A DNA stretch of 64,000 nucleotides from an uncultured Gammaproteobacteria bacterium (lineage in GTDB: Bacteria > Patescibacteriota > Patescibacteriia > XYB2-FULL-38-15), in contig OZ246416.1 of the NCBI GenBank assembly GCA_965231095.1, forward strand, positions 805,595 to 869,594, written 5' to 3'. The translations under genes and the position numbers were made by a program. The notes below the pieces were generated by a model. The model had not been told where the DNA came from and searched no databases. It saw only the letters and a list, made by a program, of their open reading frames with translations. This document shows positions 27,868 through 36,826 of the stretch, piece by piece; the first letter of the stretch is position 1, and each line of letters begins with the position of its first letter.

Positions 27868-29373
27868 ATGTCTAAATCAAAAATATTTTTCTATTCTTGT
27901 TTATTTTTTATTGTTGGAGTTGGTCTCGCGTCTTATCTATCATTGCCGCTTTGGGCCGCGTTCGCGATTTTAGTCGCGGGATGCGGTTTTTTATTTTGGG
28001 GGTGGCCTGCCTCATCGGCGGATAGGCCCGGAAATAAAAAATTTATTGTTCTCGGCCTCGCCGGATTTTTTTTATTTTTAGGAATGCTGCGTTTTGCGGC
28101 GAGCATACCGGCGGGGGACCAAGATCAAATAAGTTTTTATAATGGGCAAGAAAAAAATTTTGTCGGAATTGTGGCGGCCGAACCGGATACGCGAGACAAT
28201 GGCGTGAAATTAAAAATTAAAAGTGAAAGGGTGGAGATTGATGGAGGTTGGCTGGCGGTTTGGGGAAATATTTTAGTCAACGCGAGATTATATCCGGCCT
28301 ATCGTTATGGTGATGAATTAGAAATAAAATGTAAATTACAAAAACCGGAACCGATTGAAGATTTCGCATATGATAAATATCTGGCCAAGGAAAATATTTA
28401 TTCATTATGTTATTGGCCGGAAATAAAATTTTTAAAAAGTGGGGAAGGAAATAAAATTGTGGCGGGCGTTTTGTGGGCCAAAGAAAAATTAGTGGCGACG
28501 GTGAACCGCATTTTACCCGAACCGCAGGCAGCGTTTTTAGGAGGATTGCTTTATGGCGCGAAGCGCGGCATTCCGGCAGACCTTACAGAAAAATTTAACA
28601 TTACCGGCACGACGCACATTGTCGCGATTTCCGGATACAACATCACAATTCTTGCGGTGTTGCTTTTACAAATTACGAAAAGTATCGGCATCGGCCGGAA
28701 AAAATCTTTTTGGATCGCGCTTTCCGGAATTTTATTTTTCGTAATTTTGACGGGAGCGGCCTCTTCGGTTGTTCGCGCGGCCGTGATGGGTTTGCTTGTA
28801 CTTGTCGCAACTCAAGTCGGCCGGACCTCAAAAATCACAAACGTGCTTTTGCTTGCCGCCGCGGTAATGCTTGTTTTTAATCCAAAAATTTTGGCGTTTG
28901 ATGTAGGTTTTCAATTATCTTTTGCTGCGACAATTGGCCTCGTTTTCCTTTCACCGATTTTTGAAAAGTATTTTGAAAAGTTGCCGTCAATTTTCGGAGT
29001 TAAGGAATCGCTCGCTACCACAATGTCCGCGATTGTTTTAACCCTGCCGTTGATTTTGTATAATTTCGGCCGCGTTTCGTTTATCGCGCCGCTCGCCAAT
29101 ATTTTAATTTTGCCGGTGATTCCGCTCGCCATGGCGCTTGGATCGCTCGCCGTGCTTGGAGGAATAATTTATCTTGGCCTTGGCCGGATTATTGGTTGGT
29201 TGGCATGGCTAGTTTTAAGTTATATAATTAAGGCAGTGGAAATTTTGGCGGCGATTCCTTGGGCTTCGGGCGAGGCAGGAAAAATACATTGGATTTTTTT
29301 GATAATATTTTATTTATTAATTGGTTGGTTCATTTGGTGGAAGATTCAAAAAAATAAAAAACTTAATGTTTAA
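27868..29373 (+). CDS. comEC: ComEC/Rec2 competence membrane channel (membrane domain only)
   Basis: Polytopic, with the ComEC competence-domain pattern. The ATG at 27868 follows SD AGGGGA. The track ORF start at 27754 overlaps the leuS 3' end. Confidence 0.75.
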   Translation: MSKSKIFFYSCLFFIVGVGLASYLSLPLWAAFAILVAGCGFLFWGWPASSADRPGNKKFIVLGLAGFFLFLGMLRFAASIPAGDQDQISFYNGQEKNFVGIVAAEPDTRDNGVKLKIKSERVEIDGGWLAVWGNILVNARLYPAYRYGDELEIKCKLQKPEPIEDFAYDKYLAKENIYSLCYWPEIKFLKSGEGNKIVAGVLWAKEKLVATVNRILPEPQAAFLGGLLYGAKRGIPADLTEKFNITGTTHIVAISGYNITILAVLLLQITKSIGIGRKKSFWIALSGILFFVILTGAASSVVRAAVMGLLVLVATQVGRTSKITNVLLLAAAVMLVFNPKILAFDVGFQLSFAATIGLVFLSPIFEKYFEKLPSIFGVKESLATTMSAIVLTLPLILYNFGRVSFIAPLANILILPVIPLAMALGSLAVLGGIIYLGLGRIIGWLAWLVLSYIIKAVEILAAIPWASGEAGKIHWIFLIIFYLLIGWFIWWKIQKNKKLNV

Positions 29374-30235
29374 TTTTAAAAATAAAAAATTGGTAACGCG
29401 GCTTGTCGGGATATTTTCCGCGATTTTAATTTTGGCCGGCGTTGCCTTTTTCCAGTCGGTTGAAGACAACGGAAAACTTGTTGTAAATTTTTTTGATGTT
29501 GGGCAGGGCGATGCGATTTTGATAAAAACTCCGGAGCAGCAAAAAATTTTGATTGACGGCGGGCCGTCGAATGTTGTGGTGCAAAAACTCGGGGAAGTTC
29601 TGCCGTTCTACGACCGAAAAATTGATCTTATAATTTTGACACATCCGCACGCCGATCATTTGGACGGATTGATTGAAGTTTTAAAAAGACATGAAGTGAA
29701 AAAAATTTTATCAACCGGCGTAACGCATACGACGCCGGATTATTTGGCGTGGCTAGAAGAAATAAAAAATCAAAATGTGCCAATGGAAATTGCGATGGCC
29801 GGACAAATTATTGATTTTGGCGGCGGAGTGAAAACGGAGATTCTGTATCCGACGGAGGATTTAGCGGGAAAGTCAGTGGAAAATTTAAATGATACTTCGA
29901 TTGTCGCGAAATTAATTTTCGGCCAAACTTCATTTCTGTTCACTGGCGACGCGGAGACAGAGGTGGAGGAAAAATTGATTAGCGGGGGAGCGAATTTAAA
30001 AGCAGATGTTTTGAAAGTCGGCCATCATGGAAGCAAAAACGCCACGAGTGATAATTTTTTAGAAAAAGTTCAGCCAAGCTTTGCCGTGGTTTCAGTTGGC
30101 GCTGACAATCAGTTTGGCCATCCGAATGCGATGACCATAAAACGTTTAGAAAATATCGGCGCGGAAATTTTTAGAACAGATGAAGAGGGGAATGTGAAAA
30201 TGGTGAGCGATGGAATGAAAATTGAGATAAAATAA
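29366..30235 (+). CDS. MBL-fold hydrolase, ComEC C-terminal beta-lactamase-like domain encoded as a separate ORF
   Basis: HPHADH motif. One TM segment, then a metallo-beta-lactamase domain. ATG at 29366 overlaps the comEC stop by 8 nt (ATGTTTAA). Confidence 0.7.
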   Translation: MFNFKNKKLVTRLVGIFSAILILAGVAFFQSVEDNGKLVVNFFDVGQGDAILIKTPEQQKILIDGGPSNVVVQKLGEVLPFYDRKIDLIILTHPHADHLDGLIEVLKRHEVKKILSTGVTHTTPDYLAWLEEIKNQNVPMEIAMAGQIIDFGGGVKTEILYPTEDLAGKSVENLNDTSIVAKLIFGQTSFLFTGDAETEVEEKLISGGANLKADVLKVGHHGSKNATSDNFLEKVQPSFAVVSVGADNQFGHPNAMTIKRLENIGAEIFRTDEEGNVKMVSDGMKIEIK

Positions 30236-30329
30236 ATTTTTAAACATTAAGAAATTATGAGGTGACTCTTGCTTTTTCTCTGGCCTTTGCTATGATATTT
30301 AAATTAATAATAAATTTTAAACAGGAAGT

Positions 30330-30935
30330 ATGGACCATCCTAAAAAAGAACGAACTTTCGTTATTATCAAACCCGACGGAATCCAGAGAACTTTAATCGG
30401 GGAAATTATTCATCGCTATGAACGGACGGGGTTGAAATTGGTGGCGCTCAAGATGGCTACTCCCGACGCAAAAACCGTGGAGAAACACTACATGGTTGAT
30501 CCGGATTGGATTAGAAAAGTTGGAGAAAAATCAATTATTTCTTATGAAAAAAAAGGGCTTGTGGCGCCGTTCAAAGATCCGGAAGAATGCGGCCGGGCGG
30601 TTTTGGGGCGGCTTAAAAAATATTTAACGACCGGGCCGGTGATCGCCATGGTTTGGCAGGGGAATAAGGCGGTGGGAATTATCAGAAAACTTACCGGTGG
30701 AACAGAGCCGTTAACTTCTGATGTCGGAACGATCCGCGGCGACCTTACGATCGATTCTTACGACATGAGTGATTTGGACGACCGGGCAATCAGAAATTTA
30801 ATTCACGCTTCAGGCAGCGTGGAAGAAGCGGAAAAAGAAATTGCCATTTGGTTTCGGGAAAATGAAATTTTTAATTATAATCTTGTGTTGGAAAAAATGT
30901 TGTACGACGTGAATATCGACGGGATAATGGAGTAG
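30330..30935 (+). CDS. ndk: nucleoside diphosphate kinase (with ~50-aa internal insertion)
   Basis: ERTFVIIKPDG, GTIRGD, NLIHASGS (the NxxHxSDS-like motif). 201 aa versus the typical ~140. Confidence 0.75.
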   Translation: MDHPKKERTFVIIKPDGIQRTLIGEIIHRYERTGLKLVALKMATPDAKTVEKHYMVDPDWIRKVGEKSIISYEKKGLVAPFKDPEECGRAVLGRLKKYLTTGPVIAMVWQGNKAVGIIRKLTGGTEPLTSDVGTIRGDLTIDSYDMSDLDDRAIRNLIHASGSVEEAEKEIAIWFRENEIFNYNLVLEKMLYDVNIDGIME

Positions 30936-30938
30936 TTT

Positions 30939-30966
30939 TTGACAGATTTTTTCTGTGCGATAAAAT
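30939..30966 (+). promoter_or_regulatory. near-consensus sigma70 promoter TTGACA-16-TAAAAT
   Basis: -35 TTGACA at 30939-30944, a 16-nt spacer, and -10 TAAAAT at 30961-30966. Drives the leader and small GC-rich ORF. Confidence 0.55.
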
Positions 30967-31187
30967 ATTGATATATGAAAATCGTTTCCCAAAATTATTT
31001 TACTTTCTGGTTTTTTACTCCGAATTGTCGGGACGGTTTTCCAATTTGCTAAAATAAATTAAATTTTCGCAAAAACCGCTCCGACAAAAATCGGAGCGGT
31101 TTAAATTTGGGCAGCTGGGGAAAGATCCAATAAATTTTTCCCGAACTGCCAAAACATCATCTTCCTTGAGGAAAGGAGAAAGAAGAG

Positions 31188-31343
31188 ATGGACGGAGATA
31201 GGGAAAATAGTGGAGACACGGGCCGTGGCGATGGCCAAGAGACTACCGCAGAAGCGGCGGCGGAGCAGAGTGCGGTGAAAAACGAACGAGAATTGCGTTC
31301 GTTCGAAGAACGCCTCGTCGGCCACGACGGCATCTACGTCTAG
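31188..31343 (+). CDS. small acidic hypothetical protein (51 aa, MDGDRENSGDTGRGDGQETTAEAAAEQSAVKNERELRSFEERLVGHDGIYV)
   Basis: SD GGAAAGGAGAAAG upstream of the ATG, GC-rich codons, and a strong terminator 50 nt downstream. Not in the ORF track (<60 aa). Confidence 0.35.
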   Translation: MDGDRENSGDTGRGDGQETTAEAAAEQSAVKNERELRSFEERLVGHDGIYV

Positions 31344-31395
31344 CGATTCGGCGTAAAAGGAGGTTACGCCGGAAAAAGGGAAAGAGCAGTTCTTC

Positions 31396-31430
31396 GGGCC
31401 TAGCGCATTTGCGTTAGGCCCGTTTTTTTT
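31396..31430 (+). terminator. rho-independent terminator (cgggcctagcgc-attt-gcgttaggcccg + T8)
   Basis: 12-bp stem with one mismatch, followed by TTTTTTTT. Confidence 0.75.
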
Positions 31431-31489
31431 GGAACAAAAGCGTAAAAAATCCGCGAAGGCGCGAAATTAGGTTGGAGCTGCGGGGATTA

Positions 31490-31518
31490 TTGCGAGTTAT
31501 CTATAATTCATTTATACT
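31490..31518 (+). promoter_or_regulatory. candidate promoter TTGCGA-17-TATACT for tRNA-Pro
   Basis: Spacing and hexamers are close to consensus. About 20 nt upstream of the tRNA's extended stem. Confidence 0.4.
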
Positions 31519-31539
31519 AAAAGAAATCGTGATTTCAGT

Positions 31540-31610
31540 CGGGGTGTAGTCTAACGGTAGGACGCACCCTTGGGGTGGGTGTAACCCGGGTTCAATTCCC
31601 GGCACCCCGA
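31540..31610 (+). tRNA. tRNA-Pro (anticodon GGG)
   Basis: Acceptor cggggtg/caccccg, anticodon arm caccc-ttGGGgt-gggtg, T-arm ccggg-ttcaatt-cccgg. Flanked by a 13-bp extension of the acceptor helix. Confidence 0.8.
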
Positions 31611-31733
31611 CTGAGATCACGATGGGGATCAAAATAATTGATTTTATGAAAATAGAAAAGAAAATTTGGCCGGAATTTTTCACGCCGGAAGAAGTAGAAA
31701 AATATGGTTGGCAGATAATTTCTTTTAAATAAT

Positions 31734-32336
31734 ATGAAAAAAATTTTTACTTATGTCGGAGTGGTGCTCGTGATTTTTGCGATTGGCATTGTTGCCGGTT
31801 GGTGGGGGACAGGGCGTATTGCCGAGCCGCGGGTGACAAGTCAGGTGATTTTATCGGCGCTGCGCGACCGAGGATTTCTCGTGACGCAGAGTTTTGTTTT
31901 TAATGAAAATATAAAAATTACGAGCGACCCGAATAGTTTTTGGCGGCAGATGCTTTGGGGGCAAGCGATAAATGCATATGGAATTGCGGAAGTGAATCTT
32001 GGGGTAGATTTAGCAAAACTTGGTGAGGACGACGTGAAAGTGGAAACGGAAAAAGTGACAGTTTCAATTCCTGCGGTAGAAATTTTTAATTCGCGAATTG
32101 TTGGAGATATAAATTTAGAAAATAAACAGGGAATTTTGAAAAGAATTTTTGAGTGGGACGACGGATATAATCAAGCCGTGGCCGAGATGATAAAACAAGC
32201 GGAAGAAAACGCCACGACTTCGGAAATGCTCGCGGCCGCAAATACTAAAGCACAAGACGAAATTAAAAGATTGGTGGAATTTATTGTTAAAGATAAAATT
32301 GTAGAAGTGATAATTCAAGAAAATAGGGAGGAATAA
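31734..32336 (+). CDS. hypothetical membrane-anchored protein (N-terminal TM, DUF4230-like architecture)
   Basis: Single N-terminal hydrophobic helix followed by a ~170-aa soluble domain. Confidence 0.45.
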   Translation: MKKIFTYVGVVLVIFAIGIVAGWWGTGRIAEPRVTSQVILSALRDRGFLVTQSFVFNENIKITSDPNSFWRQMLWGQAINAYGIAEVNLGVDLAKLGEDDVKVETEKVTVSIPAVEIFNSRIVGDINLENKQGILKRIFEWDDGYNQAVAEMIKQAEENATTSEMLAAANTKAQDEIKRLVEFIVKDKIVEVIIQENREE

Positions 32337-32354
32337 TTTGGGGGTCAGTAATTT

Positions 32355-33359
32355 ATGAAATATAAAGATATGATTTACGGGGAGGTGGAAATTTCCGAGC
32401 CGATTGTTTTAGAACTTTTAGAAAGTCCGACATTTCAGAGGTTAAAGGGGATTGACCAATTTGGGTATTTGCTTGGCTACGCGATCGTTCCGTCTGGTGG
32501 CTTTCCCGGCGGACCAGTTAGCCGTTTTGAGCATTCGGTTGGGGTATTTTTACTTCTTAGAAAATACGGTGCTTCGCCAGAAGAGCAAATCGCCGGCCTC
32601 CTGCATGACGTTTCCCACGCTGTTTTTTCCCACGGTGTCGATTATGCACTGCGCGAAGGTGAAGATGCGGCGAAACAAAGTCATCAAGATGATGTTTTCG
32701 AGGCGTTTGTAAAAAAGTCTGATCTTCCGAGTATTCTTGAAAAATTTGGTTTGGATGTTGATTATATTTTAGACGATAAAAATTTTCCTTTGAAAGAAAA
32801 AGATTCCCCGGATCTTTGCGCCGACAGAATTGATTATTTTTTTCGGGATAGCGTGGATATTGGAGTAATGGACAATAAAACAGCAGAGAATTTTTTAGAA
32901 CATTTGCGGGCGGAAAATAATGTTTGGTTTTTTGATAATTTTGAAACAGCAAAAAAGTATGTTGACTTGTTTTCCGAAATAAATAGAAAATTCTATTGTG
33001 CTTTTGACGATGGTAAAATGTTCGCGGCCGTTGGTGCTTGTTTGCGGTACGCCCTAGAAAAAGGATATTTGACCAAAGATGATCTTTTTACGACCGACGA
33101 CGAGGTAATTGCGAAAATAAAAAGTCATCTGGATGATGAAAGATTGAAATTGCTTTTTGCGCGGATGAATAACCAAATCGGGGCGGAAAATAATCCAGAT
33201 GATTTTGATCAAAGGGTTTTGTGCAAATCGCGGGCAGTTGATCCATTTTTCCGCGATGGTGAAAAATTAAAACGTGTTTCCGAAGTTGATGCGGCTTGGG
33301 CGGCGGCACTTCCCGAAGAAGTAAAACCAAAAGAATATTTTATTAAATTTGAAAAATAA
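32355..33359 (+). CDS. HD-domain metal-dependent phosphohydrolase
   Basis: H...HD motif ([30 protein letters not shown]). 334 aa. Confidence 0.75.
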   Translation: MKYKDMIYGEVEISEPIVLELLESPTFQRLKGIDQFGYLLGYAIVPSGGFPGGPVSRFEHSVGVFLLLRKYGASPEEQIAGLLHDVSHAVFSHGVDYALREGEDAAKQSHQDDVFEAFVKKSDLPSILEKFGLDVDYILDDKNFPLKEKDSPDLCADRIDYFFRDSVDIGVMDNKTAENFLEHLRAENNVWFFDNFETAKKYVDLFSEINRKFYCAFDDGKMFAAVGACLRYALEKGYLTKDDLFTTDDEVIAKIKSHLDDERLKLLFARMNNQIGAENNPDDFDQRVLCKSRAVDPFFRDGEKLKRVSEVDAAWAAALPEEVKPKEYFIKFEK

Positions 33360-33372
33360 ATTTTTAAAAATT

Positions 33373-34614
33373 ATGGCGACCATTAAATCAATCCGCGCGA
33401 GAGAAATTTTAGATTCGCGCGGCAATCCGACGATTGAAGTGGAAGTGGGCGTGGAAAATGGGAAGGGTACGGCTTCAGTTCCCTCCGGCGCGTCAACCGG
33501 AATTTATGAAGCGCTCGAACTTCGTGATGGCGATAAAAAAAGATATGGTGGAAAAGGAGTTTTAAAAGCCGTAAGAAATGTTAACGAAACCATCGCGAGT
33601 GCGGTGGTGGGGAAAAATTTAAATCAGCGACAGCTGGATGAATTTTTAATTGAACTTGATGGGACAAAAAATAAAACGCGACTCGGAGCGAATGCCATCT
33701 TGGGAGTGTCTTTGGCTTTCGCCCGGGCGGCCGCGGCGGAAAGTGGCGTGGAATTATACGAATATCTCGGGGGGTTAGTGAACAACAAAAAATTCATCTT
33801 GCCCGTGCCGATGATGAATATTGTAAACGGCGGCAAACATGCCGACAGCGGTCTTGATCCCCAAGAGTTTATGATTATGCCGATAAATTTTTCTAATTTC
33901 CATGAGCGCTTACGCGCCGGTTCGGAAATTTTTCATACCTTAAAAGATTTGTTAAAGAAAAAAGGATATGAAACCGGCGTGGGGGACGAAGGCGGGTTTG
34001 CCCCGCGGCTTCCGTCAAATGAAAAAGCATTGGATTTAATTGTGGAAGCCATAAAAAAATCCGGCTATACTGGAAAAGTAAAAATTGGCATGGACGTGGC
34101 CGCTTCGAGTTTTTATGAAAAGGGAATTTATAAATTAAAAATTTCCGGCCGAGAAAAAAAGTTGAAGAGCAAAGAATTGATGGAGTGGTATAAAAAATTA
34201 TTGGCAAAATATCCGATTGTTTCCATTGAAGATCCTTTTGCCGAAGACGATTGGGCGGCGTTTGCCGAGATGACAAAATTGGTTGGCAAAAAAGTAAAAA
34301 TTGTTGGTGATGATTTGTTGGTGACAAATATTCTACGGATAAAAATGGCGATTGATAAAAAGGCCGTCAATTCCGTGCTCATCAAATTAAATCAGATTGG
34401 CTCGCTTTCAGAAACCATTGACGCTATCCAGATGACAGCAAAACAAGGATGGTCGGCAATTGTCTCACACCGCTCCGGGGAAACAGAAGATTCATTTATT
34501 GCCGATCTCGTGGTCGGCCTTGGAGCTCCATACATCAAAACCGGCTCGCTTTCGCGGAGTGAAAGAATTTGTAAATATAACCGGTTGATGTGGATTGAGG
34601 ATAGATTGAAATAA
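33373..34614 (+). CDS. eno: enolase
   Basis: [25 protein letters not shown] and the rest of the enolase signature. ATG at 33373 is preferred to the TTG track start. Confidence 0.9.
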   Translation: MATIKSIRAREILDSRGNPTIEVEVGVENGKGTASVPSGASTGIYEALELRDGDKKRYGGKGVLKAVRNVNETIASAVVGKNLNQRQLDEFLIELDGTKNKTRLGANAILGVSLAFARAAAAESGVELYEYLGGLVNNKKFILPVPMMNIVNGGKHADSGLDPQEFMIMPINFSNFHERLRAGSEIFHTLKDLLKKKGYETGVGDEGGFAPRLPSNEKALDLIVEAIKKSGYTGKVKIGMDVAASSFYEKGIYKLKISGREKKLKSKELMEWYKKLLAKYPIVSIEDPFAEDDWAAFAEMTKLVGKKVKIVGDDLLVTNILRIKMAIDKKAVNSVLIKLNQIGSLSETIDAIQMTAKQGWSAIVSHRSGETEDSFIADLVVGLGAPYIKTGSLSRSERICKYNRLMWIEDRLK

Positions 34615-34640
34615 TTAGTAGCGAGTAATTGGTAATTTTC

Positions 34641-34670
34641 AAAAACTCCGCCCTAAATGGCGGAGTTTTA
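34641..34670. terminator. bidirectional terminator (actccgcc-ctaaat-ggcggagt) between eno and rpmB
   Basis: 8-bp stem with an A-tract 5' and a T-tract 3'. Confidence 0.7.
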
Positions 34671-34698
34671 ATTTATGAGATATAATTGATGAAACGGT

Positions 34699-34872
34699 TT
34701 ACTTTGTTTTGCTCATTGTCTTTAAGCAATTCGCGCAAACTTTTTTTCTTTCCCCATCAATTTTTTTGGTTTGTAAATTCAAATAGAGCCGTCTCTTGGA
34801 TTTAATGTTAGAGTGGCTTCTTGAAGCAGAACTGAGCGGACCTTTGCCGCAAACATCGCAACGTCTGGACAT
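34699..34872 (-). CDS. rpmB: 50S ribosomal protein L28
   Basis: Not in the ORF track (57 aa). Minus-strand translation is MSRRCDVCGKGPLSSASRSHSNIKSKRRLYLNLQTKKIDGERKKVCANCLKTMSKTK, matching the L28 pattern M.R.C.V.GK....G...SH.....+RR...NL. Confidence 0.7.
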   Translation of the reverse strand: MSRRCDVCGKGPLSSASRSHSNIKSKRRLYLNLQTKKIDGERKKVCANCLKTMSKTK

Positions 34873-34944
34873 ACAAGTATAAAAATGTTTAAGAGTTATT
34901 TAAGAAGATTATCAGAAAGATGTTTTATAGTCAATAGAAGAGTT

Positions 34945-35065
34945 TAAAATTTTCAATTTTCAAGGCTCAATTTTCAAGGAATTTTCAATGATTTAATTAT
35001 CAAAATTGAAAATTGAATAATTTGGTCATTGATTGAAAATTGTAAATTGATAATTGAAAATTAAA
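34945..35065. repeat. array of at least 6 copies of TTGAAAATTG / CAATTTTCAA in both orientations
   Basis: Lies in the divergent region between rpmB (-) and the M50 protease gene (+). Confidence 0.6.
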
Positions 35066-35069
35066 ATCT

Positions 35070-35717
35070 ATGCTCATAAGTTTACTTTTATCCGCCCCAA
35101 TACTTTTCTTCGCAATTTTTTTCGCGCTTGTTATTTCCATAACTTTCCACGAGTTTTGCCATGTCTTGGCGGCGCGGCTGCAGGGGGACCAGACCGGAGA
35201 GAGGATGGGGCGGCTGACCTTAAATCCTCTGGCGCACCTTGATCTTTGGGGGACCCTGGCTTTGCTTTTTGTCGGTTTTGGTTGGGGGCGCCCGGCGCCA
35301 TACAATCCGTATAATTTAAAAAATCAAAAATACGGGTCGCTACTCGTGGCTCTGGCCGGGCCGGCGTCAAATTTATTTTTGATAATTGTTTTTGGTTTAA
35401 TTTTAAAAATTGTCTACCCGATTCTTGGGCCGGTGAATTATTTGACGATTTTTTTGGCCGCGCTTGTTGGTTTCAATGGGGTTTTAATGGTATTTAACTT
35501 AATTCCCATCCCGCCGCTCGACGGTTCGCATCTTTTGCATCTTATCGTAGACCGCCGTTGGCCGAATATCAGCCAGTTTATGGATATTTATGGGCCGCAA
35601 ATTTTGCTTGGACTTGTGGTTATGAGTTGGCTTTTTAACATTCCGGTGTTTAGTTATATAATTGATCCGATTTTATCTTTGATTAACAGAATTTTTGGCA
35701 TTCCGGGAATTTTTTAG
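35070..35717 (+). CDS. M50-family (site-2 protease-like) membrane zinc metalloprotease
   Basis: HEFCH (HExxH) within TM helix 1. Polytopic. 215 aa. Confidence 0.7.
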   Translation: MLISLLLSAPILFFAIFFALVISITFHEFCHVLAARLQGDQTGERMGRLTLNPLAHLDLWGTLALLFVGFGWGRPAPYNPYNLKNQKYGSLLVALAGPASNLFLIIVFGLILKIVYPILGPVNYLTIFLAALVGFNGVLMVFNLIPIPPLDGSHLLHLIVDRRWPNISQFMDIYGPQILLGLVVMSWLFNIPVFSYIIDPILSLINRIFGIPGIF

Positions 35718-35724
35718 AAAGCCC

Positions 35725-35753
35725 TTGACGACCGTAGGGGATTTGTGTAATAT
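35725..35753 (+). promoter_or_regulatory. candidate promoter TTGACG-17-TAATAT for the str operon, followed by two leader hairpins
   Basis: Hexamers and spacing. The leader contains gagtggga...cccactc and atgacaaaa...ttttgtcat hairpins before rpsL. Confidence 0.4.
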
Positions 35754-35894
35754 TTACAGTATAAGAAAAAGATAGGTTCATCTTGAACGAGTTCCACATT
35801 ATTGAGTGGGATGTGGCTAATTTCCCACTCTGCATCAGGATGACAAAATTTTTCGATTTTTTGTCATTTTTGTTTACAAAAAAATAAATAAACT

Positions 35895-36311
35895 ATGCCT
35901 ACCATAAATCAACTCATCAAAAAAGGAAGAAAACCAAATCTTAAAAAAACTAAGACGCCGGCTCTTCAGTCGGTTTTGGATACACTTCACCGAAAAAGAA
36001 AAGAACTACAAAAAGGCGCTTCTTTCAAGCGCGGCGTTTGTCTTAAAGTAACAACCGTTACTCCTAAAAAACCAAACTCCGCGTTGCGGAAAATTTGCCG
36101 CGTCAGATTATCGAACGGTATGGAAGTCACGGCCTATATTCCGGGAGTTGGCCACAATCTGCAGGAACACTCAATTGTTTTGGTCCGCGGCGGACGTGTT
36201 AAAGATTTGCCTGGTGTTAGATATCACGTTATTCGTGGCGTTTATGATACTCAGGGGGTGGAAGGTCGAAAGAAAGGAAGATCGCTTTACGGCGCGAAAA
36301 GAGGAAAATAA
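35895..36311 (+). CDS. rpsL: 30S ribosomal protein S12
   Basis: [12 protein letters not shown]...KPNSALRK...[13 protein letters not shown]. Confidence 0.95.
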   Translation: MPTINQLIKKGRKPNLKKTKTPALQSVLDTLHRKRKELQKGASFKRGVCLKVTTVTPKKPNSALRKICRVRLSNGMEVTAYIPGVGHNLQEHSIVLVRGGRVKDLPGVRYHVIRGVYDTQGVEGRKKGRSLYGAKRGK

Positions 36312-36340
36312 TTTAACTTTTTAAACCAAAATAAAATAAT

Positions 36341-36811
36341 ATGAGAGGCAAGAAAGCACCAAAGAGAAAAATTCTTCCCGATCCAAAATATAAAAGTTTG
36401 AATCTTGCGAAGTTTATTAATTATATAATGGAAAGAGGAAAAAAGACCGTAGCGCAGGGAATTGTCTACGGAGCTTTTGATATCTTGAAAGAAAAAACAA
36501 AGCAAGATCCTTTGGAAATTTTTGATCAGGCGACAAGAAACGTCACTCCGGCGCTTGAAGTTAAAAGCCGACGCGTGGGCGGCGCCAATTATCAAATTCC
36601 GATTCCGGTTCGCGGCGAACGAAAAGTCTATTTGGCATACCATTGGATTATTGACGCGGCGCGGCGCAAAAAAGGAAAACCGATGGCGGAAAAATTAGCC
36701 AATGAATTGAATGATGCCTATCAAAATCAGGGCGATGCCATAAAAAAGAAGTTGGATGTTCACCGCATGGCCGAAGCCAACCGAGCCTTTGCTCATTTCG
36801 CGAGATTTTAA
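36341..36811 (+). CDS. rpsG: 30S ribosomal protein S7
   Basis: [17 protein letters not shown]... is S7-family. Confidence 0.95.
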   Translation: MRGKKAPKRKILPDPKYKSLNLAKFINYIMERGKKTVAQGIVYGAFDILKEKTKQDPLEIFDQATRNVTPALEVKSRRVGGANYQIPIPVRGERKVYLAYHWIIDAARRKKGKPMAEKLANELNDAYQNQGDAIKKKLDVHRMAEANRAFAHFARF

Positions 36812-36826
36812 TTTTTGCAAATATTT

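Noticed and set aside
31101-31325. 74-aa minus-strand ORF overlapping the small acidic plus-strand ORF and its leader.
   Set aside because: No RBS or promoter in the right orientation. The plus-strand ORF has a consensus SD, an upstream consensus promoter and a downstream terminator.
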